From contig NC_000918.1 of NCBI RefSeq assembly GCF_000008625.1, forward strand, positions 660,001 through 692,000: 32,000 bases of DNA, given 5' to 3'. Under the pieces are notes generated by a model, which saw nothing but the letters and a program-made list of their open reading frames with translations, was not told the origin of the DNA and did no database searches. Of this stretch, positions 23,882 to 32,000 are shown piece by piece; position 1 is the first letter of the stretch, and the number at the start of each line of letters is the position of its first letter. Both the position numbers and the translations under genes were made by a program. The DNA is from Aquifex aeolicus VF5. GTDB lineage: Bacteria; Aquificota; Aquificia; Aquificales; Aquificaceae.

Positions 23882-24636
23882 CAGGGTATAGAATACATCT
23901 CCTGAGTCATGAGGTCAACACCGCACTCCAGATTTTCAACCCATTCTATGAACTTGTTTACCATGTCTTTTCCTTTGAATATCGCTCCGTGCTGAGGAGC
24001 TATTATTTCTATATCTAACTGCCTCACCATATTTGCCCAGAATCTGAGTACCTTGTTGGAAGCCATGTACCTCCTGTGGAAACCTTCCATATACTTTACG
24101 TGTTCTTCGAAGTTCTCAACAATAGTGTAAGGCTGGTTCAGAGAAGCCCCTAAATCTCCGCTGAAGAGTATCTTTGAACAGGGGTCGTATAGCTGGAAGT
24201 TGCCGGGTGAGTGCATGAAGTGTGCGGGAAGTACTAAAAGTTCACACCCGTTTAAATTTACCCTTGTTCCTTTATCGTCTATCGGAATTACCCTTTCCTC
24301 GTACCTGCTTTCCAGTCCGAAGTGAGGTAAAAATCTGTACCAGAGTTTGGGAATTAAGGCTTCTGCGTTTGTCGTAAGGAGCCACCCGTTTATTCCTGCA
24401 ACTATATCGGGATCTTGGTGTGAGAGGAATATGTACTTTATCTGTTGAGGAGGAAGGTACTTAGATATATCGGATTTCAACTTTGCAAATACTTTATGTC
24501 CTCCCGGATCGAGGAGTATCCCCTCACCCTTGTGTATTATGAGGTATTGATTAGCTTCCACTGCGCTCGCAGGAGTGAGTTCTTCGAAAAGTACTACCTT
24601 ATGATCCTCGGTATCGTAAAGGATTTGCTCCGCCAT
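23881..24636 (-). CDS. MBL-fold protein resembling the di-iron domain of FprA/flavodiiron or ODP-type proteins (no flavodoxin domain)
   Basis: 251 aa. ANQYLIIHKGEGILLDPGG, FLSHQDPDIVAG and APQHGAIF resemble the beta-lactamase-like di-iron domain. The assignment below the level of the MBL fold is tentative. Confidence 0.6.
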   Translation of the reverse strand: MAEQILYDTEDHKVVLFEELTPASAVEANQYLIIHKGEGILLDPGGHKVFAKLKSDISKYLPPQQIKYIFLSHQDPDIVAGINGWLLTTNAEALIPKLWYRFLPHFGLESRYEERVIPIDDKGTRVNLNGCELLVLPAHFMHSPGNFQLYDPCSKILFSGDLGASLNQPYTIVENFEEHVKYMEGFHRRYMASNKVLRFWANMVRQLDIEIIAPQHGAIFKGKDMVNKFIEWVENLECGVDLMTQEMYSIP

Positions 24637-24684
24637 AATTTATATGATAAAGCTCAAGAAAGGCAAATTGTAAAATAATTTCCC

Positions 24685-25872
24685 ATGCGAATAGTTAGCG
24701 GAATGAGACCCACCGGGAAGCTCCATCTCGGACACTACTTCGGCGTTATAAGAAACTGGGTGAAACTTCAGGAAGAGCACGAGTGTTTTTTCTTCATAGC
24801 GGACTGGCATGCCCTTACCACCGCTTATAAAAACACCAAAGAACTCAGACAAAACATAAGGGAGGTTATGATAGATTGGCTCGCTCTGGGACTTGACCCT
24901 CAAAAAAGTGTCCTCTTTATTCAATCTCTCGTAAAAGAGCACGCGGAACTCTTTTTACTTTTCGGAATGATTACTCCAAAGAGCTGGCTGGAACTGAACC
25001 CGACTTACAAAGACCTAAAGTACAACCTTCTGAGACTCACGGATTTGGAAAAGGAGTTCAAAGAAAAATTGAAGGAAAGAATTTCCGAAATCGTGAACCT
25101 CATTCCCTTTAATATAACTAAAGAAGAAAAATTCAGAGAGCACCTTCTTGAGAACTTAACACAGACCATGATAGAGGCACTCTTTGAGGGAGAGATTGAA
25201 CCGGAGATTTTAAAAAGGCTCAACGTGTCTAAGAGGGATTTTTACGAAACGGATACCTTTGGATTTCTGGGATATCCAGTTCTACAAGCGGCGGACATAC
25301 TCATTTACAAAGGCGAAGGTGTGCCCGTGGGAGAGGATCAACTTCCTCACATAGAACTCTCCCGTGAAATAGCAAGAAGGTTTAACAGACTCTACGGAAA
25401 GATATTCCCAGAGCCAAAAGCCCTCCTGACAGAAACTCCCAAAATCCCCGGAACTGACGGAAGGAAGATGTCAAAATCTTACGGAAACGCTGTTTTCTTC
25501 TCGGACGAAAAAGAAGAAGTGGAAAAGAAAGTGATGAAGATGTTCACGGACCCACAAAAGATAAGAAAAAACGACCCCGGAAGACCCGAAATATGCCCCG
25601 TATTTTCCTGGCACAAGCTATTCACGAAAGATGAGGAACTCGTGAAAAAGATAGAAGAGGACTGCAGAGCCGGAAGGCTGGGATGTGTAGAGTGCAAAAG
25701 GATACTCCTCAAACACCTTGAAGAGTTTTTAGAACCCATAAGGGAAAGGAGAAGGGAACTTGAGAAGCGTATAAACGAAATAGAAGAGGTGTTTTACGAA
25801 AACTCCCGAAAAGCCAGAGAGATAGCCCAGAAAACCATGGAAGAAGTGAGAAAAGCCATGAACCTTCCCTGA
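24685..25872 (+). CDS. trpS: Tryptophanyl-tRNA synthetase with a C-terminal 4-Cys motif and an internal insertion
   Basis: 395 aa. GKLHLGHY (HIGH), KMSKS, YPVLQAADIL and VPVGEDQLPHIEL. Confidence 0.95.
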   Translation: MRIVSGMRPTGKLHLGHYFGVIRNWVKLQEEHECFFFIADWHALTTAYKNTKELRQNIREVMIDWLALGLDPQKSVLFIQSLVKEHAELFLLFGMITPKSWLELNPTYKDLKYNLLRLTDLEKEFKEKLKERISEIVNLIPFNITKEEKFREHLLENLTQTMIEALFEGEIEPEILKRLNVSKRDFYETDTFGFLGYPVLQAADILIYKGEGVPVGEDQLPHIELSREIARRFNRLYGKIFPEPKALLTETPKIPGTDGRKMSKSYGNAVFFSDEKEEVEKKVMKMFTDPQKIRKNDPGRPEICPVFSWHKLFTKDEELVKKIEEDCRAGRLGCVECKRILLKHLEEFLEPIRERRRELEKRINEIEEVFYENSRKAREIAQKTMEEVRKAMNLP

Positions 25873-26903
25873 TGGAATTTCTCTTACTTCCCTTTTTTCT
25901 TTTTATCCCCTACATTCTTTACTTCCTCTACCCGGTAAAGTTCATAAAAAATTTTAGAGAGGTGAACGAAGTCTTAGAGCCCGAAAGCTTTTACATCTAC
26001 TCGTATGCCTTTCACGTGCACACCCAGTTTTCCTACGACAGCCTCGGCAAACCAGAAGACGTAAAAAAGGCAAGGGAAATATGCGGATTGGATTACGTGA
26101 TTGTAACGGACCACGAAGTAGACACTTTTAAACTCTTTGAAGACAAAAACACGATAACGGGAATTGAAAAAAAGATAAACGACGAAAAGGGAAAACTGCA
26201 GGGAGATTTAATAGAGGTAGGAGACATAAAAGTCATTTCACACCACTTTAAAAAGAAGTATAGGTGGAAACTTGAAAGAAATAAAGATTACTTTTTTGAA
26301 CTTATAAACTTAAAAGATTCTTTGGTTGAGAACAAAAAACACTTATTTTTTTACCTTTTTCTCGGGACTTTCGTGTATCCAGTTTTTAAAAAATCTTATT
26401 TAAAGAACTTTGTTAAGGTCATAAAAGTAGAGGACTACGTTAAAAAGTACCTCTCCGAAGGTTGGGAAAACAAGGTTTTGGGAGGACTGGATCACCACGT
26501 TAAGGTTTACATTAGGGAAGTTGGTATTAGATTTTTATTCCCCTCCTACACTTTTTCGTTCAGGCTGCTGAGAAACTTCCTTTTAAGTAAAAAACCCGCA
26601 AGGAATAAAGAGGAATTCCTGAAAGCTTTGAGAAGTGAACTCAACGTCATAAGCTTCAGCGAAAAGCCTTCGCTTTTCTGGGTTAAAAATTCAACGCTTT
26701 TTGTTTACACTCCCTACCCGAACGTGATTATCAGAATCTTTAGTAAGGATAAAGTAAGGACTTTCCTCGGTTCTAACTTAAAGTTTTCTCTGGAGCGTGG
26801 GAACTACTTGGTTGTCGGATACATCTACTCTTTCCGACTCTGGAAGTTCTTCTTCGGAGTGAAGCCCCTCTTTGTTAGCGACTTAATAAAAATTTCTTGC
26901 TAA
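25872..26903 (+). CDS. Membrane-anchored PHP-domain (polymerase/histidinol phosphatase-like) metal-dependent phosphoesterase
   Basis: 343 aa. N-terminal TM helix. FHVHTQFSYDS...AREICGLDYVIVTDHE is the PHP motif I/II pattern. 1-nt TGATG overlap with trpS. The rest of the protein is F/K/Y/N-rich and the gene is more AT-rich than its neighbours. Confidence 0.6.
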   Translation: MEFLLLPFFLFIPYILYFLYPVKFIKNFREVNEVLEPESFYIYSYAFHVHTQFSYDSLGKPEDVKKAREICGLDYVIVTDHEVDTFKLFEDKNTITGIEKKINDEKGKLQGDLIEVGDIKVISHHFKKKYRWKLERNKDYFFELINLKDSLVENKKHLFFYLFLGTFVYPVFKKSYLKNFVKVIKVEDYVKKYLSEGWENKVLGGLDHHVKVYIREVGIRFLFPSYTFSFRLLRNFLLSKKPARNKEEFLKALRSELNVISFSEKPSLFWVKNSTLFVYTPYPNVIIRIFSKDKVRTFLGSNLKFSLERGNYLVVGYIYSFRLWKFFFGVKPLFVSDLIKISC

Positions 26904-26940
26904 ATTTATTTAATAGAAGTTTTATCAAGGAGGTGGGAAT

Positions 26941-27537
26941 ATGAAGGTGAAGTTAACCGATAGAGACGCCCTTATAGTCGTTGATATGCAAAAGGACTTT
27001 ATGCCCGGTGGTGCACTACCCGTTCCAGAGGGAGACAAGATAATACCGAGGATAAACGAGTACGTCAAACTCTTTGAAAAGAAAGGACTTCCTGTTTTCT
27101 ACACGAGGGACTGGCACCCAGAAAATCACATATCCTTCAAAGGACACGGCGGTATATGGCCACCTCACTGTGTTCAGGGAACGGAAGGTGCTAAGTTCCA
27201 CGAAGACCTGTACATCCCCGCGGACAACAAGTTCATAATTTCAAAGGGAACTTCTCAGGAGTTTGACGCGTATTCCGGTTTTCAGGGAACGATTTTAAAT
27301 GACCTTTTGAAAGAGAGGGGAGTAAGAAGGATATTCGTGTGCGGAGTGGCAACGGATTACTGCGTTAAAAACACAACGATAGGCGGTATAAACCTCGGCT
27401 ACCAGGCCTTTGTTCTGGAAGATGCGATAAAGGGCGTGGACGTGAACCCCGGAGACGTTGAGAGAGCAATAAACGAGATGATGGAAAGGGGAGCTGCCTT
27501 TATAAAGATTGAAGATATAGTAGATTACAAAAAGTAA
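26941..27537 (+). CDS. pncA: Nicotinamidase/pyrazinamidase (isochorismatase family)
   Basis: 198 aa. ALIVVDMQKDFMPGGALPV, DWHPENHISF and VCGVATDYCV give the catalytic Asp/Lys/Cys and metal-site His pattern. GGAGGTG SD upstream. Confidence 0.9.
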   Translation: MKVKLTDRDALIVVDMQKDFMPGGALPVPEGDKIIPRINEYVKLFEKKGLPVFYTRDWHPENHISFKGHGGIWPPHCVQGTEGAKFHEDLYIPADNKFIISKGTSQEFDAYSGFQGTILNDLLKERGVRRIFVCGVATDYCVKNTTIGGINLGYQAFVLEDAIKGVDVNPGDVERAINEMMERGAAFIKIEDIVDYKK

Positions 27538-27547
27538 TTAAAAAAAA

Positions 27548-27576
27548 TTGACATAATTTCACTAAGGTTGTATAAT
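27548..27576 (+). promoter_or_regulatory. Consensus sigma70-type promoter TTGACA-N17-TATAAT upstream of dnaK
   Basis: Exact TTGACA (27548-27553), a 17-nt spacer and exact TATAAT (27571-27576). AGGAGG SD at about 27593-27598 and ATG at 27606. Confidence 0.65.
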
Positions 27577-27605
27577 AAAAGGCAGGAAAGATAGGAGGTG
27601 ATAAA

Positions 27606-29504
27606 ATGGCTGAAAAGAAGGAAAAAATAATTGGGATAGACCTTGGAACTACGAACTCCGTTGTTTCTGTAATGATGGGGGATGAAGCGGTAGTAATCCA
27701 AAACCAAGAAGGTTCAAGGTTAACCCCCTCAGTAGTTTCCTGGACCAAGGAAAAGGAAATTCTGGTAGGAGAACCCGCAAAGAGAAGGGCGATACTGGAT
27801 CCTGAAAACACCGTATACGAAAGTAAAAGGTTCATAGGTAGGAAGTTTGAAGAAGTAAAGGAAGAGGCAAAGAGAGTATCTTACAAGGTAGTTCCCGATG
27901 AAAAGGGAGACGCCGCCTTTGACATACCGAACGCCGGAAAGCTCGTGAGGCCTGAGGAAGTAGGAGCACACGTTCTCAGGAAGTTAAAGGAAGCTGCAGA
28001 AGCGTTCCTCGGAGAACCCGTCAAGAAAGCGGTGATAACCGTTCCCGCATACTTCAACGAAAGACAGAGGCAGGCGACAAAGGACGCGGGTAAGATAGCG
28101 GGACTTGAAGTTGTAAGGATACTGAACGAACCCACCGCCGCGGCAATGGCTTACGGACTCCACAAGAAGGACAACGTAAGGATACTCGTTTACGACTTCG
28201 GAGGAGGAACCTTTGATGTTTCCATACTGGAAGGCGGTGAGGGCGTAATAGAGGTAAAGGTAACGGCGGGAGACACGCACCTTGGCGGTGCAAACATAGA
28301 CGAGAGGATAATGGACTGGTTAATTGAAGAGTTCAAGAAGGAAACGGGAATAGACCTGAGAAAGGACAGAACCGCACTCCAGAGACTCAAGGAAGCTTCC
28401 GAACAGGCCAAAAAAGAACTCTCCTTCAAGATGGAAACGGAAATTAACCTGCCGTTCATAACCATAGACCCCAACACTAACCAGCCCCTCCACCTCCAGA
28501 AGAAGCTCACCAGAGCAAGACTTGAAGAAATGATTAAAGACATCGTTGACAGAACCATAGACATAGTTAAACAGGCACTAGAAGACGCCAAACTAAAGCC
28601 CTCCGACATAGACGAAGTGGTTCTTGTAGGCGGTTCAACGAGGATACCTTTAGTTCAGCAAAGGATTAAGGAGTTCTTCGGAAAAGAGCCCCACAAGGGA
28701 CTGAACCCCGACGAAGTTGTAGCGATGGGTGCGGCAATTCAGGCAGGTGTTCTCGCAGGAGAAGTCAAGGAAATCGTTCTCGTTGACGTAACACCCCTGT
28801 CTCTCGGAGTTGAAACCTACGGAGGGGTAATGACTGTTCTCATTCCCAGAAACACCCCGATACCCGTCAGAAAGTGTGAAATCTTCACAACCGCCCACGA
28901 CTATCAAACGGAAGTTGAAATACACGTCCTTCAGGGTGAAAGACCTCTCGCTAAGGACAACAAGTCCCTCGCTAAATTCTACCTGACGGGAATACCTCCG
29001 GCACCTAGAGGAGTGCCCAAGATAGAAGTTTGCTTTGACATAGACGCGGACGGTATACTCCACGTTACCGCAAAGGACCTCGGAACGGGTAAAGAGCAGT
29101 CCGTAAGGGTAGAAATATCCTCCGGACTAACGCCCGAAGAAATTGAAAGGATTATCAAGGAAGCTGAAGAGCACGCCGAAGAAGACAGGAAGAAGAAAGA
29201 ACTCATTGAAGCTAAGAACCAGCTTGACCACCTCGTTTACCAGCTTGAAAAGGCACTAAAAGAAGCGGGAGACAAAGTACCCGCAGACGTAAAGAGCGAA
29301 GCGGAAAAGGTTATAGAAGAAGCTAAGAAAACCATAGAAACCGCAACGGAAATTGAACAGGTAAAACAAGTTACGGAAAAGGTTCTCCAGGTTTCCTCAA
29401 AGATGGGAACCACACTCTACGGTGAAGCCGGAAAACAAGCGGGCGGAGGAGAAAAGAAGGACGAAGGTGGAGAGGGAGAAGTAGAAGCCAAACCCGTTGA
29501 TTAA
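27606..29504 (+). CDS. dnaK: Molecular chaperone DnaK (Hsp70)
   Basis: 632 aa. [20 protein letters not shown] and [10 protein letters not shown] signatures. Confidence 0.98.
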   Translation: MAEKKEKIIGIDLGTTNSVVSVMMGDEAVVIQNQEGSRLTPSVVSWTKEKEILVGEPAKRRAILDPENTVYESKRFIGRKFEEVKEEAKRVSYKVVPDEKGDAAFDIPNAGKLVRPEEVGAHVLRKLKEAAEAFLGEPVKKAVITVPAYFNERQRQATKDAGKIAGLEVVRILNEPTAAAMAYGLHKKDNVRILVYDFGGGTFDVSILEGGEGVIEVKVTAGDTHLGGANIDERIMDWLIEEFKKETGIDLRKDRTALQRLKEASEQAKKELSFKMETEINLPFITIDPNTNQPLHLQKKLTRARLEEMIKDIVDRTIDIVKQALEDAKLKPSDIDEVVLVGGSTRIPLVQQRIKEFFGKEPHKGLNPDEVVAMGAAIQAGVLAGEVKEIVLVDVTPLSLGVETYGGVMTVLIPRNTPIPVRKCEIFTTAHDYQTEVEIHVLQGERPLAKDNKSLAKFYLTGIPPAPRGVPKIEVCFDIDADGILHVTAKDLGTGKEQSVRVEISSGLTPEEIERIIKEAEEHAEEDRKKKELIEAKNQLDHLVYQLEKALKEAGDKVPADVKSEAEKVIEEAKKTIETATEIEQVKQVTEKVLQVSSKMGTTLYGEAGKQAGGGEKKDEGGEGEVEAKPVD

Positions 29505-29520
29505 TCTCCCTTCTCCTTCC

Positions 29521-31992
29521 TTAACTTTCTTTCTTTAAAAACTCAAGCATACTCTTAATCCACTCGTAGAGTTCCTTTGTAATTTCTTCGTAAGACTTCT
29601 CGTCCGGATCTACAGGCTTTCCGAACATTATTTTTATCTTTTTAGGTTTCGGGAACTTGTCGTAAACGGACCAAGCTTCGTAAGCCCCTTCTATTGCAAC
29701 GGGAACTATTGGAACACCAAGTTCTCTGGCGAGTATGGCGACTCCTTTTTTGAATTCCATTAATTCTTCTGTCCTCGTCCGCGCACCCTCGGGAAAGATC
29801 ACCACTACTTTTCCCGACATCAAGGCGTAAGCGGTTTTCTGGAGGGATTCTTTTAAACCTTTGTTTACGTTTACTGTGATGACGTGAGCGAGTTTACCGA
29901 AGGTTGAAGTTATTGGATTTCTGAAGTAGGTTTCGTCTCCTAAAAAGTAAGTTTCGTGGGCTATTTCCTTTGGAAGAACAGCGGCTATGGCGAAGGCGTC
30001 TAAATAGCTCTGGTGATTTGGTGCAATTATAAAGGGAGGCTTGGGCAGGTTTTCAAGACCTCTCACGTCTATCCTGTGGTATAGCTTGAAGTAAAGTTTT
30101 AAAAGCTTTCTTCCGAGTTCAAAGATGAGGGGGTAGTGGTAAAGCTCGTAAGGCTTTGCCTTTGTGAGTATATCTTTCCAGGAAACTTCTTTAGTATCCA
30201 CACTTTTTTTCTTACTGCGAACGAGTTCTATGAGGTCCTTTACCACTAAATTTTTTGACAATTCCTCTTCCGAAAGACTGACTCCGAAGTTTGTCTCTAT
30301 AAATCCAAGAAGTTCTACCTTAGCAAGGGAATCAAGCCCCAAGTCAATTTCGAGGTGATCTCCGGGTTTTACTTCCTTCTGAGAAATTTTTTCAAGAAAT
30401 TCCTTTATTATTCTTCCTTCCTCCGTTTCAAATACGCTGTAATCCTCCGTTTTTTCTTCTTTTATTTCTTCAGCCTTTTCGTAAATTTGCGGAAGCAAAA
30501 ATCTCCTCAGTTTCCCCAGTCTAGTTTTGGGAAGTTCCGTTTTCACGATTTTGAACCCGACTACCCTCTTCCACTCCGGGAGTTCCCTGTTTACTTTGTC
30601 TATTACTTCCCACTTTATCGTTTCTTCCAGATTAGTTATTCCTAATTCTTTAACTTTTTCAAAATCGGGGTAAATTAAAGCGAGGAGCTTGCCATCTTTT
30701 TCAAAAACCCCGACTTCCTTTATGTATGGAGCTTTTGCAAGGATTTTACTCTCTATTTCCTCCGGGAATACGTTCTTACCGCTTCCGAGGACTATTATTT
30801 CTTTCTTCCTTCCCGTTATGTATATATATCCTTCTTCGTCTATCTCTCCGAGATCTCCCGTGTAGAACCAACCGTTTATTATTACCTTTTGAGTTTCTTC
30901 GGGTTTTTTCCAGTACCCCTTCATTACGTTGTCTCCGCGAACAATGATTTCCCCTTCACTCGTGGTCATCACTTCAACGCCTTTTATCGGTACACCCACC
31001 GAGCCCAGTTTTATTCTGTTCGGAGGATTAAAAGAAACTATCGGAGAGGTTTCCGTGAGTCCGTAGCCTTCTATTACGGTAAACCCGAGTGTTGTTAAGT
31101 CCTGGGCGATATCCAGAGGTAGTTTTGCCCCTCCGCTTACCATGTACTTTATCCTTCCACCAAAGGCATCGTGAACTTTTTTAAAAACCGTTTTTCTTAT
31201 TTTCTGGTTTTTAACTTTTTTCATTAATTTAAATAAATTTTTCGCGAGAACGTTTTTGTTTATCTCCTCCATAATCCTTCTGTGGAAGAGCTGGTAAAGC
31301 CTCGGAACACCTATTAAAACGGTTATCTGGTACTTCTGAAGTTTCTCGATTATGTCTTCCGGTGTTAACTTATCCAGAAAAACTACCGTTGCACCAAGGT
31401 AAAGAGGCAATAACATAGTAGTCATAAGCGGGTACATATGGTGGAAGGGGAGAATGGCGAGGGTTTTGTCTTCCTTTCCCGCTATTCCTACCTCCGATAC
31501 ACCTCTTATATTTGACATGAGGTTTTTGAAGGTAAGCATAACACCTTTTGGATTTCCCGTAGTTCCAGAGGTGTAAGGAAGAACGGCTACATCGTCTTCA
31601 TCTCTCCTCACTATACCTTCCCACGGAGTGGGTAGTACAAGGTTGTCCACGTTTACGATTTCTACTTTCAAATCTTCAGAGGCTTCCCTGACCCTCGGAT
31701 AAGTTTCATCTGAACAGAAAATTATTGAAGGTTCTGCGTCTTCAAGAATGTACCTTATCTCTTGAGGAGTTGACATAAAGTCTATGGGAACGACTATTCC
31801 ACCCTTTTTCCACGTTCCGTAAAAGGCGTAAACCCATTCGGGTCTATTTTCCATTACTATGCCTACTCTTTCGTTAGGCGTTATGTCCATTAAGTTTGCG
31901 AAAGAGGCTATATTTTCGAGGAGTTCAGCGTAGGAGATTTCGTTTCCTTGATGAATTAAAGCAGTTTTCCCGAAATCCCTCAAAAATTCCAT
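29521..31992 (-). CDS. Tri-domain fusion: acyl-AMP-forming fatty-acid ligase + phosphopantetheine carrier domain + PlsC-type lysophospholipid acyltransferase
   Basis: 823 aa. YTSGTTGNPKG, GYGLTE, YTGD and GRKKEII (adenylation domain, about aa 1-505). EIDLGLDSLAKVELL (carrier Ser555, about aa 518-593). APNHQSYLDAF (HX4D) and VIFPEGARTRT (FPEGTR-like) form the acyltransferase, about aa 640-790. Confidence 0.85.
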   Translation of the reverse strand: MEFLRDFGKTALIHQGNEISYAELLENIASFANLMDITPNERVGIVMENRPEWVYAFYGTWKKGGIVVPIDFMSTPQEIRYILEDAEPSIIFCSDETYPRVREASEDLKVEIVNVDNLVLPTPWEGIVRRDEDDVAVLPYTSGTTGNPKGVMLTFKNLMSNIRGVSEVGIAGKEDKTLAILPFHHMYPLMTTMLLPLYLGATVVFLDKLTPEDIIEKLQKYQITVLIGVPRLYQLFHRRIMEEINKNVLAKNLFKLMKKVKNQKIRKTVFKKVHDAFGGRIKYMVSGGAKLPLDIAQDLTTLGFTVIEGYGLTETSPIVSFNPPNRIKLGSVGVPIKGVEVMTTSEGEIIVRGDNVMKGYWKKPEETQKVIINGWFYTGDLGEIDEEGYIYITGRKKEIIVLGSGKNVFPEEIESKILAKAPYIKEVGVFEKDGKLLALIYPDFEKVKELGITNLEETIKWEVIDKVNRELPEWKRVVGFKIVKTELPKTRLGKLRRFLLPQIYEKAEEIKEEKTEDYSVFETEEGRIIKEFLEKISQKEVKPGDHLEIDLGLDSLAKVELLGFIETNFGVSLSEEELSKNLVVKDLIELVRSKKKSVDTKEVSWKDILTKAKPYELYHYPLIFELGRKLLKLYFKLYHRIDVRGLENLPKPPFIIAPNHQSYLDAFAIAAVLPKEIAHETYFLGDETYFRNPITSTFGKLAHVITVNVNKGLKESLQKTAYALMSGKVVVIFPEGARTRTEELMEFKKGVAILARELGVPIVPVAIEGAYEAWSVYDKFPKPKKIKIMFGKPVDPDEKSYEEITKELYEWIKSMLEFLKKES

Positions 31993-32000
31993 ATAAATAC

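Noticed and set aside
24637-24684. T-box or attenuator upstream of trpS
   Set aside because: Only 48 nt separate the divergent start codons. That is far too short for a T-box leader (about 200 nt), and no terminator or antiterminator stems are present.
24640-24942. 100-aa minus-strand ORF overlapping the trpS 5' end
   Set aside because: It overlaps the HIGH-motif region of trpS on the opposite strand and would leave no promoter space. It has no recognisable motifs.
27881-29206. Several 75-139 aa minus-strand ORFs inside dnaK
   Set aside because: They are antisense shadow ORFs of a highly conserved gene, with no SD or promoter-like signals and implausible protein sequences.

Overview
Gene-dense chromosomal segment, roughly 95% coding, with many 1-4 nt start/stop overlaps. 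The K/E/I-rich proteins and the gene content look like an Aquificales hyperthermophile; the gene set strongly recalls Aquifex aeolicus, but no search was possible. About 31 protein-coding genes are supported, mostly housekeeping: rpe, tmk, argJ, secD, bioB, a type IIA topoisomerase A subunit, trpS, pncA, dnaK, lptD and a partial nadE. There is also an Isp-type [NiFe] hydrogenase operon (hynS-isp1-isp2-hynL). I saw no rRNA or tRNA genes, CRISPR array, transposase or integrase, long repeats or clear intrinsic terminators. Nothing here looks like a canonical defence island or mobile element, and no convincing novel multi-gene system is visible. The best candidates for follow-up are: (1) a translationally coupled pair of an uncharacterised, possibly NurA/RNase H-like protein and a DUF523/TudS-like Fe-S protein; (2) a single-polypeptide acyl-AMP ligase + carrier-protein + PlsC acyltransferase fusion; (3) apparent 1-nt frame disruptions in the topoisomerase 3' end and in a NagD-like HAD gene; (4) a TrpRS with a C-x22-C-x6-C-x2-C Fe-S motif and a ~70 aa insertion; (5) recurring TATAAT-N6-8-ATG geometry suggesting leaderless mRNAs; (6) G-free, C/T-rich tracts right after some stop codons. 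All product calls come from motif recognition by eye, not from database searches.
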